From an uncultured Gammaproteobacteria bacterium (GTDB lineage: Bacteria; Patescibacteriota; Microgenomatia; UBA10105; UBA927): 64,000 bases of DNA. The notes beneath the pieces are model-generated. The model was not told the origin of the DNA and did no database searches. It saw only the letters and a program-made list of their open reading frames with translations. Made by a program: the position numbers and the translations under genes. The stretch is taken from positions 6,998 to 70,997 of the forward strand of contig CAZSTG010000005.1 in assembly GCA_964609895.1 (NCBI GenBank). Direction: 5' to 3'. Of the stretch, positions 1-10,720 are shown in pieces (position 1 is the stretch's first letter; every line of letters starts with the position of its first letter).

Positions 1-671
1 ATATCAACACCCTGAAAACCGGTTAATGTGCCCATATAGAGAATCTCATGGATGGTACAGTGCTCCCGCGGAATGATGATATCTCTGCGGAGTCTGATTC
101 CATTTGGAACAACAGTTTGATGTGCAAATGTTGTATGCCACTTTCTATTTCTCTTTTGTATCATGGAATCTGCATAATTCCATGTACAGCGTACATATCT
201 TGCGCATATTGCGTCCAACAGATGATACAGATAATTCAGCATTCTGTTGGAAAAACGGTTCTCCGCATAGTCTATAACGTAGTAAACTGACCGCACTGTT
301 CTACGACACCATTGCGACAGCAATCCTGCAAACGCGTTTATGTTGCCGGAACCGATACAAACATCAACCGGCCCCGTGGCTACTTTGAACAGCCAGAAAA
401 GCGAATAGAACAGGTCGATACCATACGCGCAGATCTCAGGTAAATGATGATCGATCGCCTCGTATTTTTTAACGAGTTTTCCGTTTACCCAATGTTCACA
501 ATAGGATTTTCTGATTGTATTGCTGCCCACATACCTATTTACATGTCCGATGAACAAAACTTCTTTTGCCTTTTGAGACAGAAGATAATCTCGTAGCTCA
601 TGAGGGGGACCGTAAATGAAGTCGTGACATATAACCGCAAATCTTCGCTTTTTGAAAAAATCCTGTGTCAT
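1..671 (-). CDS. Glycosyltransferase, GT-B fold (GT4/GT1-like). The 3' end is cut by the window edge (partial).
   Basis: Not in the ORF track because no stop falls in the window. Manual translation of the minus strand from ATG (rc of 669-671) gives MTQDFFKKRRFAVICHDFIYGPPHELRDYLLSQKAKEVLFIGHV...NAFAGLL...VYYVIDYAENRF...TVVPNGIRLRRDIIIPREH...ILYMGTLTGFQGVD, open to position 1. 'VVPNGI' and 'GTLTGFQGVD' are typical of the GT4 N-/C-domain junction. The start is 8 nt downstream of the stop at 680. Confidence 0.45.
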   Translation of the reverse strand, partial: MTQDFFKKRRFAVICHDFIYGPPHELRDYLLSQKAKEVLFIGHVNRYVGSNTIRKSYCEHWVNGKLVKKYEAIDHHLPEICAYGIDLFYSLFWLFKVATGPVDVCIGSGNINAFAGLLSQWCRRTVRSVYYVIDYAENRFSNRMLNYLYHLLDAICARYVRCTWNYADSMIQKRNRKWHTTFAHQTVVPNGIRLRRDIIIPREHCTIHEILYMGTLTGFQGVD

Positions 672-679
672 GCCATGTA

Positions 680-2410
680 CTATTGCCCGCTGCCGTTGTT
701 TGTAAGAAATAGTTGAATTTCCTTTGAAATATCCGTCAGTCTCTTAGAAGATCCGTCGTAGGAGAACCCTATCACCTGACCCGCGGAAAATTTTTTGTCA
801 TTGTAATCTTGCAAGAGCAACTCCTTGTCCCAATAATAGCCGAACCCCTTTCCTGAGGATTCTTCATACCATTGACTGCCAAAACCCCAGAGTCTTCTGC
901 TTACCGGCAGGAGACTATCTGGAACATTTCCCGATTTATAGTACCAAACCATCAAAATATAACCCGGATCGAGCTGCAACGGAACAGGATGATTCATGTA
1001 ATTATAGTAATTGGTATTTCCCGTCAGGTATATTACCGACTTACTGGGTAATGTCGGCAAAAGACGGGAAAATTCAGTCAATACTTGCTTGGTATCCTGA
1101 CCGTATATGACATTTAGATACACATCCCTGCGGATGAGAACCACTTGTTTATAAAAATACAACACACTTCCTGCGACTATAATTGCTGTTACCAGCAGTT
1201 TAGGAAGGGTTTTTGTAAATCTCTTGCGGAACGTATCCAAAATAATTGCCGTCATTATTCCAATCGGGATGATGCTGGCGTATACATATCTTGACTCAAC
1301 GTACGCAGTACCTCTCTGTGACAGATACACACTTATCGGAACAAAACTCAAAACGTAAAACAAAAGAGCTATAAGCAGCGTTTTTTGCTGTTTTTTATTC
1401 GTAGCATACGCAACACCGATTGTGATCGATAGGAAAAATGAGAAAACAACCGATAGAAAATCCGAAATGATGTTTTCTGATATAACACCGGCGCTATTTA
1501 TGTACGCTGCAATATTGGAATAATTAAAGTTTAAGAATCTCTCGGCCATGCGAAACATATACTTAGGAGGAATAAATGTCTGCGACAGCGATATGAATGG
1601 GTAAAAAACGGAGTTAAACAAAAATTTCAGCCAGAATGAACCGGTACTATCCGATGCCGTCAACACAATATTTTTCCCGTACATTGATATCATTCTATAG
1701 ACTCCAAGTGCAACCATCGGCAGTATCAATAGCAAATTGCTTTTCAGGATTTTTATGACACTTTGTCGGCCTTTTGAAATCAAATACTGAAAAACCGGCA
1801 AAAATATGAAAATATAGAAACTTGCATCCTTAAACAGAAAAGCCAAATAGCCGAATGCCCATGACAAAATATAATATCTTTTTTCTTCATTTTTCGAGTA
1901 CATCATCATGAACCATACGGACAACAATATGCATGTTGTTGATGTTGGCACCTGCGTAACGTTGGCTATCCATGTAAAAGCCTGATTTGCTATGCTTGCA
2001 GTCACAAAAAAGAGTCCGCTGAAAACGGCAATAAACGTATTCTTATTACATTTCTTAAGCAGGCCAAATACCAACAAACCGTTCACTATATGAAAAACAT
2101 AGGATGTTAATGCAAATGGAAGAAGATTAAATGGAAAATAATAATAGAATACATTAATAAGTAAACTCCCAAGCAATCTTCCCTTCCCCATCAGTAATTC
2201 GAAGACACTGAAATTAACAATCGTTGATTTCAAACCGTCGGTATAAATACCTGCCATAGAAAGCCATTCATCATTAAGATAATACAGCTGAGGCAATTTT
2301 TCATAGCTGTACAGCGTAATAAGGACAATGAGGACGAAATACAGAATAAAGATATATCTTTTCTTTAGATTCCCGATGAATCCGACACAAAAATCTTTAG
2401 GCTTTTTCAT
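680..2410 (-). CDS. Polytopic membrane protein with a C-terminal soluble domain, putative GT-C-type glycosyltransferase.
   Basis: 588-aa ORF (track 680..2446). The N-terminal ~400 aa are rich in hydrophobic helices ([20 protein letters not shown]...) and the C-terminal ~180 aa are hydrophilic. Start trimmed to M13 (cat at 2408-2410) to reduce overlap with fcl. Confidence 0.4.
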   Translation of the reverse strand: MKKPKDFCVGFIGNLKKRYIFILYFVLIVLITLYSYEKLPQLYYLNDEWLSMAGIYTDGLKSTIVNFSVFELLMGKGRLLGSLLINVFYYYFPFNLLPFALTSYVFHIVNGLLVFGLLKKCNKNTFIAVFSGLFFVTASIANQAFTWIANVTQVPTSTTCILLSVWFMMMYSKNEEKRYYILSWAFGYLAFLFKDASFYIFIFLPVFQYLISKGRQSVIKILKSNLLLILPMVALGVYRMISMYGKNIVLTASDSTGSFWLKFLFNSVFYPFISLSQTFIPPKYMFRMAERFLNFNYSNIAAYINSAGVISENIISDFLSVVFSFFLSITIGVAYATNKKQQKTLLIALLFYVLSFVPISVYLSQRGTAYVESRYVYASIIPIGIMTAIILDTFRKRFTKTLPKLLVTAIIVAGSVLYFYKQVVLIRRDVYLNVIYGQDTKQVLTEFSRLLPTLPSKSVIYLTGNTNYYNYMNHPVPLQLDPGYILMVWYYKSGNVPDSLLPVSRRLWGFGSQWYEESSGKGFGYYWDKELLLQDYNDKKFSAGQVIGFSYDGSSKRLTDISKEIQLFLTNNGSGQ

Positions 2411-3359
2411 ACCCGCGGTGAACAAAGTTTTGAGTATACCAGTCAACAGTAGTTTTTAATCCTGTATCAAAGTCCGTTGTTGAGGCGAAATTAAATTCCC
2501 TTTTCGCCCGAGTGGTATCAAGCATTCTGCGCGGCTGGCCATCCGGCTTGGTTTTATCCCACACGATTTTGCCCTCATAACCGGTATACTTTTTAATCTT
2601 TTCAACCAAATCTTTTATGGATATTTCAAAACCTGCACCGATATTCACCGGATCGGATTTGTCATAGTACTCCAAAGAAAGCCTGATTGCTCTGGCAGCA
2701 TCTTCGACATACAAGAATTCACGTGTGGCTTTTCCCGTACCCCAGACGACAACCTCATTCATATGCTTTTCTTTTGCCTCTATCATACGACGGATAAGCG
2801 CGGGTATAACATGGGAAGATTCCGGATTGAAATTATCACCCGGTCCATATAAATTAACTGGCAATAAAAAGATGGAATTGAAATTATACTGCGCCCTGTA
2901 TGATTCGGATTGTACCAAAAGCATTTTTTTGGAAAGCCCATAGGGGGCATTTGTTTCCTCTGGATATCCATTCCATAAGTTTTCTTCCTTAAACGGAACT
3001 GGGGTGAATTTTGGATAACAGCAGATGGTTCCAAGAGCTACAAACTTTTCAACACCCGCCTTCCATGCTTCATGAATAAGTTGAACTCCCATCAGCAAAT
3101 TTTTGTAAAACATTTCCGCAGGATGTTCTCGATTATAGCCTATGCCGCCAACCATTGCGGCCAAATGAATAACACCATCAACTCCTTTTACCGCCTTTTT
3201 CACATCAGATAATCTGCAAAAGTTTAGCTCTTTTGAAGAAGGATAAAGCAGATGCTTTGCACCATGTTGTTGAAGCTCATGAATGACGTGCTTTCCTAAA
3301 AATCCGTTTCCTCCTGTAACAAGTATTGTCTTATTCCGTATGTCAAATGTTTTCTTCAT
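2397..3359 (-). CDS. fcl: GDP-L-fucose synthase (GDP-4-keto-6-deoxy-D-mannose 3,5-epimerase/4-reductase).
   Basis: [16 protein letters not shown] Rossmann motif plus [22 protein letters not shown] and PYGLSKK (YxxxK) follow the Fcl/GMER pattern. Start moved to the internal M (MKKTFDIR; cat 3357-3359), which is preceded by AAGAGGAG. Confidence 0.8.
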   Translation of the reverse strand: MKKTFDIRNKTILVTGGNGFLGKHVIHELQQHGAKHLLYPSSKELNFCRLSDVKKAVKGVDGVIHLAAMVGGIGYNREHPAEMFYKNLLMGVQLIHEAWKAGVEKFVALGTICCYPKFTPVPFKEENLWNGYPEETNAPYGLSKKMLLVQSESYRAQYNFNSIFLLPVNLYGPGDNFNPESSHVIPALIRRMIEAKEKHMNEVVVWGTGKATREFLYVEDAARAIRLSLEYYDKSDPVNIGAGFEISIKDLVEKIKKYTGYEGKIVWDKTKPDGQPRRMLDTTRAKREFNFASTTDFDTGLKTTVDWYTQNFVHRGYEKA

Positions 3360-4374
3360 AATTTGTTTCTCCTCTTGATAGATACCAATAATAGTGCAGT
3401 GTAGGTTTTTTGAACACTCTAGACCATATTGTATCATCTGATACAGACCGAATATGTGTTTGTATATATCTCCGGTATCTAATAAGTGTCGGCAGCCGCC
3501 GTATATTCCACCATATGGCTCTTTGAATATTCCATGCCAGTTGATATTTCCCCTTAACCAATGAGGTCAGAAAAAACGCCTCACAGAATAGCAGATGGAT
3601 TGGCAGAATCTTTATCAACCAACCGCCGCTCAAGTTCTTTATATATGAGTGTATTCGGTTTTTAAATGAATGATATTGAATAAAGGCGTTATTCATCGAA
3701 CTGCTCGTTGCACCCATTTTATGATAGATAACGGATTTGTATGCGTACACAATCCTATACCCCGCCAGCCACACCCGATGACACATATCCGTTTCTTCAA
3801 AATACGCGAAATACGAAGGATCGAGGATATTTCCTTCAACTTCCACTTTTTTCAACACTGATTTTTTAAACATCATACACGCACCTTTTGCTGTGTAAAG
3901 GTCAATTTGTTTATCGTATTTCGGAGTATCTTTTGCGCCGAAACCGTAATGGTACAAAAATCCTGTCGGAGTTAAAAATGCCCCCACACTGTCATGTGTA
4001 TCAGGATGATCCATCAGAAGAATCTTACTTTGTGCTCCGCCGATTTTTTTGTCACTTCCCATTACTCTCACCAATTCTGTCAAAAACGTTTTTGTCACCC
4101 GTGTATCGTTATTTAAGAAAAGAATATACTCACCTTTTGCAACCTTGTACCCCACGTTATTCGCGTCAGAGAACCCAAGGTTTTCCTTATTGATGAGAAT
4201 TGTTGTTTTCGGATAGTTTTTCTTCACCCAAGATACTGATTCGTCTTTTGAAGCATTATCAACAAAGATAATTTCATAATTTTTATACTCTTGTTTGGAC
4301 AGACTATCAAAACAATCTGGTAGCCATCGAAGACCATTCCAATTAATAATAATGATTGACACTAGACCTTTCAT
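3343..4374 (-). CDS. Glycosyltransferase family 2.
   Basis: [24 protein letters not shown]...[13 protein letters not shown] is the GT2 N-terminal signature, with a DxD-like region later. There is a 4-nt ATGA overlap with the upstream gene. Confidence 0.8.
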   Translation of the reverse strand: MKGLVSIIIINWNGLRWLPDCFDSLSKQEYKNYEIIFVDNASKDESVSWVKKNYPKTTILINKENLGFSDANNVGYKVAKGEYILFLNNDTRVTKTFLTELVRVMGSDKKIGGAQSKILLMDHPDTHDSVGAFLTPTGFLYHYGFGAKDTPKYDKQIDLYTAKGACMMFKKSVLKKVEVEGNILDPSYFAYFEETDMCHRVWLAGYRIVYAYKSVIYHKMGATSSSMNNAFIQYHSFKNRIHSYIKNLSGGWLIKILPIHLLFCEAFFLTSLVKGKYQLAWNIQRAIWWNIRRLPTLIRYRRYIQTHIRSVSDDTIWSRVFKKPTLHYYWYLSRGETNYEENI

Positions 4375-5489
4375 GATAATCTTTCCGAATAAAACTTCTT
4401 AATAAATTTTGCGACATATGCTATCTGTTCCTGTGTGAGTTCCGGATACATCGGTAACGATACTAACTCTTCCGCATATTGTTCAGCATTTGGAAAATCT
4501 CCCTTTGTATAACCCAAATGTGAAAATGCACCGGTCAAATGAAGTGGAACGGGATAATGTATTAATGTCCCAACTCCATGATCTTTCAAATACTGCTGCA
4601 GTTCATCGCGATATTGAGCCCGAATTGCATAAATGTGAAACACACTTTGTCTGTCAGGAAGTAGCATCGGCATCACAATATCACTGCACCCATAAAGACA
4701 CTCATTATAATAGGAGGCGTTTTTTCTTCTTTGACTGTTCCATGCATCAAGATGTGACAATTTTTTACGAAGCACAGCAGCCTGAATCGAATCCAAACGG
4801 GAATTCACGCCGATAGATTCATGATGATATTTTGTTGTTTGCCCGTATTCCCTGAGCAAACGATACGTTTTGTCCAAATCATCATCATTTGTCGCAATGA
4901 CACCGCCATCCCCGTATGCACCAAGGTTCTTCCCCGGATAGAACGAAAATGCAGAAAATCTGCCGAAGGTACCTACTTTTTTGTTTTCATATACGGCGCC
5001 GTGTGCCTGACATGCGTCTTCTATAAGAAAAATTTCCTTGTTTTTTTCCTGAATCACCTGCTGAATACCTGATATATTTTCCGGTTGACCATAGAGGTGA
5101 ACTGCGATAATTGCTTTCGTTTTTTTGGTTATTTTTTTCCTAAGATCCGGCAGCGACATGCCGTAGTATTCGTCACTATCAACAAATACCGGACGAAGAT
5201 TATTACGCACTACCGCAACCGCGGTTGCATAAAACGTATTCACGGGAACGATAACCTCATCATCAGGTGACAAATGTAACGCTTCAATTCCCAAAATGAG
5301 CGCATCAGTACCTGAATTGACGGAAATGACATGTTTGACGCCTAAAAATGAAGCAAATTCTTCTTCAAAGGCGGCTACTTCCCTGCCTCCAATAAACTGC
5401 ATCTCATGAAAAATCCGACTGAATGATTCATTTACCTCAGACTGTATGGATACATATTGTTCCTGCAGATCCAGATACGGTACATTCAT
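4371..5489 (-). CDS. DegT/DnrJ/EryC1/StrS-family PLP-dependent sugar aminotransferase (FdtB-like).
   Basis: The N-terminus MNVPYLDLQEQY...EEEFASFLGVKHVISVNSGTDAL is characteristic of the DegT family. The length (372 aa) fits. Confidence 0.8.
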   Translation of the reverse strand: MNVPYLDLQEQYVSIQSEVNESFSRIFHEMQFIGGREVAAFEEEFASFLGVKHVISVNSGTDALILGIEALHLSPDDEVIVPVNTFYATAVAVVRNNLRPVFVDSDEYYGMSLPDLRKKITKKTKAIIAVHLYGQPENISGIQQVIQEKNKEIFLIEDACQAHGAVYENKKVGTFGRFSAFSFYPGKNLGAYGDGGVIATNDDDLDKTYRLLREYGQTTKYHHESIGVNSRLDSIQAAVLRKKLSHLDAWNSQRRKNASYYNECLYGCSDIVMPMLLPDRQSVFHIYAIRAQYRDELQQYLKDHGVGTLIHYPVPLHLTGAFSHLGYTKGDFPNAEQYAEELVSLPMYPELTQEQIAYVAKFIKKFYSERLS

Positions 5490-6016
5490 AGACTGTGCGT
5501 GTGGGCAATATCCTTTTTATGTTTTATAACACGGGCGGGGTTTCCGACAACCACCGCGTCATCCTCAACATCTTCGGTAACGACACTCCCTGCGCCGATA
5601 AGACAGTTTTTCCCGATATGAATGCCAGGCAGAATCGTCGCATTTGACCCGATGACAGTTCCGTCCCCCACAATAGCACCGCCTACTTCTTGGACGCATT
5701 TCGGACATGGCGGATACGGATCATCGGTAAACACAACATGGGGAGCGATAATAACGTTATTTCCGAGAGTAACCGATTCCAAAAAACACGATGTGTGAAT
5801 TTTTGTGTCATTGCCAATTTTATTACCCGGACCCAAATAGGAATTTACTCCCACCGAAACCCGATCACCGATCGTGTTCTGTTCCCGTATAACGGCATTA
5901 TGGCCGGTTACGAAACCGCTTCCATACACACTTCCGTCATAGATAACCGTCCCCGAGCGGACTATTGCATCTGGGTGCTGTTTTTTAAATGTCAGTTCAT
6001 CAATTATGTCTGCCAT
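5486..6016 (-). CDS. Hexapeptide-repeat (left-handed beta-helix) sugar N-acetyltransferase (FdtC/PglD-like).
   Basis: Repeated [LIV]G hexapeptides: VGVNSYLGPGNKIGNDTKIH...IGSNATILPGIHIGKNCLIGAGSVV. It lies between the aminotransferase and the cupin isomerase. Confidence 0.75.
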   Translation of the reverse strand: MADIIDELTFKKQHPDAIVRSGTVIYDGSVYGSGFVTGHNAVIREQNTIGDRVSVGVNSYLGPGNKIGNDTKIHTSCFLESVTLGNNVIIAPHVVFTDDPYPPCPKCVQEVGGAIVGDGTVIGSNATILPGIHIGKNCLIGAGSVVTEDVEDDAVVVGNPARVIKHKKDIAHTHSL

Positions 6017-6018
6017 AG

Positions 6019-6426
6019 CTACAGTAGTGAGTATGGAATAGTGTCCGGTGCGTCATGGTGATACGGTTTATCTGCATAATCAATCATCATTGCGGTTTCA
6101 GAAATGTTTTGAAATGCATGAGCAATATTTTTTCCTATAAATACCCGCTCGTATTCATCGTTATTCCCGTCTAAAACCCGTTCCATGCGTTCATGCGTCT
6201 TCATGTCCTCTGCAACAAGTTTCACTGTACCCGCAATCACGACAAACCACTCGTCTTTCGTCTTGTGATAATGATTTCCCCGTATGACGCCTCTTTGTTC
6301 AAAGGTCACAAAATATATCTGACCGAGTTTTTGATGGTCTTTCGACATTTCATCACCTTTAATAAAGTCAACGAGAAAACCCCGTTTATCTCTTCGTCTC
6401 ACTGCCTTATCAAAAACTATATTCAT
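6019..6426 (-). CDS. Small cupin, FdtA/WxcM-like sugar 3,4-ketoisomerase (putative).
   Basis: 135 aa with RGNHYHK...G...D motifs, resembling FdtA/QdtA-type dTDP-4-keto-6-deoxyglucose 3,4-isomerases. Sits next to an acetyltransferase and an aminotransferase, which is the fdtA-fdtC-fdtB arrangement. Confidence 0.55.
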   Translation of the reverse strand: MNIVFDKAVRRRDKRGFLVDFIKGDEMSKDHQKLGQIYFVTFEQRGVIRGNHYHKTKDEWFVVIAGTVKLVAEDMKTHERMERVLDGNNDEYERVFIGKNIAHAFQNISETAMMIDYADKPYHHDAPDTIPYSLL

Positions 6427-7418
6427 TATGTTTTCCTGTGAATCTTTTGTCTTCTTAAAATTGTAACACGCACCAGTTCAAATACCAAAGCTACGAAGGA
6501 AGCCATGGTCAACGGAAAATGATACAGCCATTCTTTCTTTCCCGTGATTATATATCCAACGACCGAAACACACAGAGGCAATACAAACAGTCCTGCATAT
6601 ATCGGCCATACCAGTTTTTTGAATTTTCTCATGGCTGAAAAATAGACGATTCTCTTTTTAATCCCGTATTCCGAGCCTAGCAGGTAATTGTCAAACGCCC
6701 ATCGCTGTTTTCTGAAATACTGAGACAATGAGGAGATGGTATGGTGTGCCACCTGAGCATGAGGGACATACGCAAGGTAATCCTTACGGGTAATCGCGTC
6801 CACAATGGGTAAAATATCGTCACCGGGATTAGCTCGTTCGTTTTCCTGTCTTCGTATCGTCGTTCCCTGCGCCAACGCAATCATCGGATAATCCACAGGC
6901 GAGAATTTATATATAATAGAATGTTCATTTTTCTGGATCGTTTGATAACATAATTCGAATGTTCTCGTATTTGACGCATTTCCATAGACAAAATGACTGA
7001 TCGGGTCGGTAAACATATTAATATATTTAGAGATCCAATAATCATTCTCTGTGCTCACCTGTATCGGATAGGTTATCATCACCCGTCCGTCCTTTTTAAA
7101 CGGGTATATGATATGAGTAATGAAGTCCGTACCGATAAGCTCGTTATCCGCAGCCAATATCGTCACGTACCGGCCGATTGCCTGTGACATACCCAGTGTT
7201 ACACCAAATTCGGCAAGTTTTTTGGGATTGTGAATGATCGTACAACCAAATTTTTTGCCTATCTCGATCGTCTGGTCTGTTGATCCGCCGTCACATAACA
7301 GAATTTCAATTTTTTCTTTCGGATACTGTTGTGCCTTGATGGAGGTAAGACAAAGCGGTAAATCCTGTTCACTATTGTATACCGGGATCACTATGGAAAG
7401 ATCAATTGATCGCGTCAT
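6426..7418 (-). CDS. Glycosyltransferase family 2 with C-terminal transmembrane helices.
   Basis: LSIVIPVYNSEQDLPLCLTSIKAQQY...LCDGGSTDQT is a GT2 signature. The C-terminus is hydrophobic (FVLPLCVSVVGYIITG). Start set at internal MTRSIDL (cat 7416-7418), directly after the upstream stop at 7420. Confidence 0.75.
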   Translation of the reverse strand: MTRSIDLSIVIPVYNSEQDLPLCLTSIKAQQYPKEKIEILLCDGGSTDQTIEIGKKFGCTIIHNPKKLAEFGVTLGMSQAIGRYVTILAADNELIGTDFITHIIYPFKKDGRVMITYPIQVSTENDYWISKYINMFTDPISHFVYGNASNTRTFELCYQTIQKNEHSIIYKFSPVDYPMIALAQGTTIRRQENERANPGDDILPIVDAITRKDYLAYVPHAQVAHHTISSLSQYFRKQRWAFDNYLLGSEYGIKKRIVYFSAMRKFKKLVWPIYAGLFVLPLCVSVVGYIITGKKEWLYHFPLTMASFVALVFELVRVTILRRQKIHRKT

Positions 7419-7419
7419 A

Positions 7420-8271
7420 TTATTTTTTACCAACATATGAGTAATATACCAACCCACAAAACCCCGCGGCAAATTCTGTGGTCTTCAAAAAAAGCATTCC
7501 TATACCCATAAAGGGATTGTGAAAAAGTTTCAGAGGATTTTTGAAAAAAAGCAGATACCGTGCAACGATGTTTGACTGTTTTCTGTAATACCCTCTGTTG
7601 GATACCTTTTGGGAATACATGTTCAGATTCTTTGCATAATAAAACTTTTTCCGCAGCGTTTTCCACAAAGACAGGCTTCCTTCATTATGCAGGATACACG
7701 ATGTAATTCTCCCGATTGCGTGTTCTCCCACCATATCATGTAAACGCTGCTGTATATCAAAGTCTTCCGGACCGGTCAACGATTCGTCATATCCGTGCAG
7801 TGCATTGAATGCTTCTTTTGCATAAAATCTGGCGGCTTCAATCCAATCAACGCCGACATAAAACGAACGTTCCAGCGCTTTGCAGTTGGCCCAAAATCCC
7901 GTTCCTATTGATATCTCCGGAATGACAAGTGCTGCCAACTTTACACCGCTTTTTTGTGACTTTATGATTTCATCGACGCATTTCTCAACGATGTCGTTTG
8001 CAAGCAGCATATCCGCATCCAAAAACAGAAGATACTCCCCTTTTGATTGCATTGCTCCAAAATTACGCTGGGCGGAACGTTCCGGCCCCTTGTCAACAAC
8101 CTGTATACCACAATTCTGAACAATTTCCCTTGTGTTATCTGAAGAATGATTGTCCACGACAATCACTTCCACATGCTTGTACGTCTGCTTGGTAATACTA
8201 TTAAGGCATGCGCCGATATGCAGCGCTTCATTTTTTGTCGTTATCACAATTGAAACAAGGGGAGTTTTCAT
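7420..8271 (-). CDS. Glycosyltransferase family 2.
   Basis: VSIVITTKNEALHIGACLNSITKQTY...VIVVDNHSSDNT, followed by LFLDADM (DxD). Confidence 0.75.
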   Translation of the reverse strand: MKTPLVSIVITTKNEALHIGACLNSITKQTYKHVEVIVVDNHSSDNTREIVQNCGIQVVDKGPERSAQRNFGAMQSKGEYLLFLDADMLLANDIVEKCVDEIIKSQKSGVKLAALVIPEISIGTGFWANCKALERSFYVGVDWIEAARFYAKEAFNALHGYDESLTGPEDFDIQQRLHDMVGEHAIGRITSCILHNEGSLSLWKTLRKKFYYAKNLNMYSQKVSNRGYYRKQSNIVARYLLFFKNPLKLFHNPFMGIGMLFLKTTEFAAGFCGLVYYSYVGKK

Positions 8272-8272
8272 A

Positions 8273-9610
8273 TCATTGTTCGTTATATCCGATCACCGTC
8301 CAAAGAGTCAGAAGTACGACAAACGCAAGAAGGAATCTATTGATCCATAGAAACGGCTTTTTCTTTGCAAGCTTCGGAAAAACCGCGGGCAATGCGCCAC
8401 ATGCCACCATGACAAGATATGTCCGAAAAACTGGATAAGAAAATCCGAATACTCTCCCCCAACTGCCGGCAAACATGGAAAGTCCAATAACAACAAATGA
8501 CAAGGCCGTCACAATATAATTTTTATTAACATATTCTTTGAAAAATACCGCAATGGCAATTGATAAAAACGGATAAAACGGATACCTGTACCATCCGTGC
8601 ATTGGTTCACTGGGGATGGCAAACACAAATACAGCAAAATACGCGAGGAATCCCAAAACAATAGGCAAATTCTTTTTCAGGTCTTTTGTGCTTAACCAGA
8701 TGATTGCAGCCCATCCAAAATAGATCCACCCATCAACAAGCAGCCTGTCTGCCGTAATCGGATCCCGAAACAAGACAAACAGACTGTCAAACGCCATATC
8801 GTAGCGCGCAAGCTGCAGTTTCCAGAGATTTCCAAACAATGCGGCATCCATGGAATATCCATATATGAGCCACCCGACAAGAAACAATACAGTTGCTCCT
8901 GCAACGATTCCGGCAGCCTTCCATTTTTTAGAAAAAAGAAACATGCAAATCACGGCAAGAGAAGCCGTGATCCACGGTATTTTTGCAAGCGGTAACAATC
9001 CGCAAAGCAGTGCTGTACCTGTCAAATATAACGTATTCAATCTTTTATTTTTCGGTTCGCTTTCAATATATCGATATGCAAAATAAAGTGCGAACAAAAA
9101 CAAAGGTATGAAAAAGTTTTCGTTTTGCACCAACCGTGATCCGATCACAACCGTTGGCAAAATAGCGTACACACAAGAAGCCAGTAAACCAACCACATTT
9201 CCATATACGGCATGTGCCAATACAAACACGGCAAATATGGAAATCACGCCCATCAGTAGTGCAAGCGGTCGCATTGTTGCAATAGTCACATCATCAAATG
9301 TACTTACTCCCCGAAGATTAGCGAATGTTCCTGCGACAATCCCAAATAATGGCGGATGTTCCAAGTACGGCTGTACAAGCGTGAAATGTGCACCCTGCGG
9401 ATTAAAGTATTCTGTTTTATTTGTATACACGGCATGGGGAGACCATGAAACAGGGACACCTGTATTGATGATGCTTACCCCCTGAAACGTCCATGCAAAT
9501 TCGTCAAATGTCGCCCCTTCCCTCGGCCACACACTCAAGTTATGATGACGAAGCAGACCCCCAACAAGAAGTATTGTTATGAATAGAATGGAAACAAGCC
9601 ATTTTTTCAT
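8273..9610 (-). CDS. GT-C membrane glycosyltransferase, ArnT/PMT (GT39/GT83)-like.
   Basis: 445 aa polytopic protein. The first loop, FDEFAWTFQG...LEHPPLFGIV, carries the D-E...hPPL motif typical of the PMT_2/ArnT family. Confidence 0.55.
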   Translation of the reverse strand: MKKWLVSILFITILLVGGLLRHHNLSVWPREGATFDEFAWTFQGVSIINTGVPVSWSPHAVYTNKTEYFNPQGAHFTLVQPYLEHPPLFGIVAGTFANLRGVSTFDDVTIATMRPLALLMGVISIFAVFVLAHAVYGNVVGLLASCVYAILPTVVIGSRLVQNENFFIPLFLFALYFAYRYIESEPKNKRLNTLYLTGTALLCGLLPLAKIPWITASLAVICMFLFSKKWKAAGIVAGATVLFLVGWLIYGYSMDAALFGNLWKLQLARYDMAFDSLFVLFRDPITADRLLVDGWIYFGWAAIIWLSTKDLKKNLPIVLGFLAYFAVFVFAIPSEPMHGWYRYPFYPFLSIAIAVFFKEYVNKNYIVTALSFVVIGLSMFAGSWGRVFGFSYPVFRTYLVMVACGALPAVFPKLAKKKPFLWINRFLLAFVVLLTLWTVIGYNEQ

Positions 9611-9611
9611 A

Positions 9612-10718
9612 CTATTTTTTAACCACGCTTGTCAGCAATGTCATACTTTGTTTCGCGACCGTATTCCAATGCAAGCTTTTTTCCCACGCCTTTCCATTTT
9701 TTTGAAACGCGGTGTATCTTTTTGTATCTTTATACAATTTGATTGCCTCGCGCGCCATGTCCTGCGGAGAATTATTCTGAATTACCACGCCGGTTTTTGC
9801 GTGTTGTACCACATCTTTCAGTCCTTCAACGTTATACACAACTGCAGGCGTTCCGACAGAGGCTGCTTCCAAGACTACCAGCCCCCATCCTTCTTTCACT
9901 GATGCATGAAGCAGTATATGTGCCCGCGACATGTATTCATATTTCTCAACTTCTGATACCGCTCCAATAAATGTCACGTTTTCTTTAATACCGTATTCTT
10001 CCACCATTTGCTCTAATTCATTCAAATATTTTTTTTCACCTTTGCCCACAATCCAAAGCTTTGCGTTCGTTTGCTCTCTTGTTATAAATGAAAACGCTTT
10101 TATCACCTCTTCTATTCCTTTCATACGCACAACGCGGGAAACAAAAATATACGTCGGCACAGACTCCTTTACTTCTTCAATTGCATGAATCCGTTTAATG
10201 ATAGGACACGGTATGGCAACACATTGTTCTTTCGGAATTCCCCATGAGGCGAGCTCATCAATCGTTGAGGGTGCATCCGTCCATATACGGCAGTGCCGGT
10301 ACCATCTGAATGCCCAACGTTCAAGAAGCTTCCCAATTGGTGCAATCGGCCACTTATACATATAGTCCCAAATCTCATCTGCTACTTCATGAATGAATGC
10401 AACCACAGGTGTGCGGGTAAACAATGGTGCAAAAAAAGGCAGTCCGTGTACTTCATCAACAATCACGTCATAATTTTTTCCTGCTGCCAAAACAAACAAA
10501 GGAGCTATCAAATGAATAGTGAGCATTCCACCAAAACGCAAAAACTCAACCCCTTCGATTGTCTCCTGACGGCTTTTTTGTTCATAATACCCGCCTGATA
10601 CCCACGTCACTGTATGCCCTGCCTTTGTCCACGCCTTTGTATGCTCAAACGTGACAATTTCAGCGCCTCCCGCGCTTGGATGCCATGGATCCCGCCAATT
10701 AAGAAGTAGTATGTTCAT
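9612..10718 (-). CDS. Glycosyltransferase family 4 (GT-B).
   Basis: MNILLLNWRDPWHPSAGGAEI at the N-terminus and the C-terminal E-x7-E region EGWGLVVLEAASVGTPAVV. Confidence 0.8.
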   Translation of the reverse strand: MNILLLNWRDPWHPSAGGAEIVTFEHTKAWTKAGHTVTWVSGGYYEQKSRQETIEGVEFLRFGGMLTIHLIAPLFVLAAGKNYDVIVDEVHGLPFFAPLFTRTPVVAFIHEVADEIWDYMYKWPIAPIGKLLERWAFRWYRHCRIWTDAPSTIDELASWGIPKEQCVAIPCPIIKRIHAIEEVKESVPTYIFVSRVVRMKGIEEVIKAFSFITREQTNAKLWIVGKGEKKYLNELEQMVEEYGIKENVTFIGAVSEVEKYEYMSRAHILLHASVKEGWGLVVLEAASVGTPAVVYNVEGLKDVVQHAKTGVVIQNNSPQDMAREAIKLYKDTKRYTAFQKNGKAWEKSLHWNTVAKQSMTLLTSVVKK

Positions 10719-10720
10719 AC

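Noticed and set aside
641-671. Apparent frameshift in an A6/T5 homopolymer at the 5' end of the first minus-strand gene. An initial hand translation gave a +1 frame break after MTQDFFQK.
   Set aside because: A recount of the homopolymer (6 A, 5 T on the forward strand) shows the ATG at 669-671 is in frame with the long open frame running to position 1. There is no frameshift.
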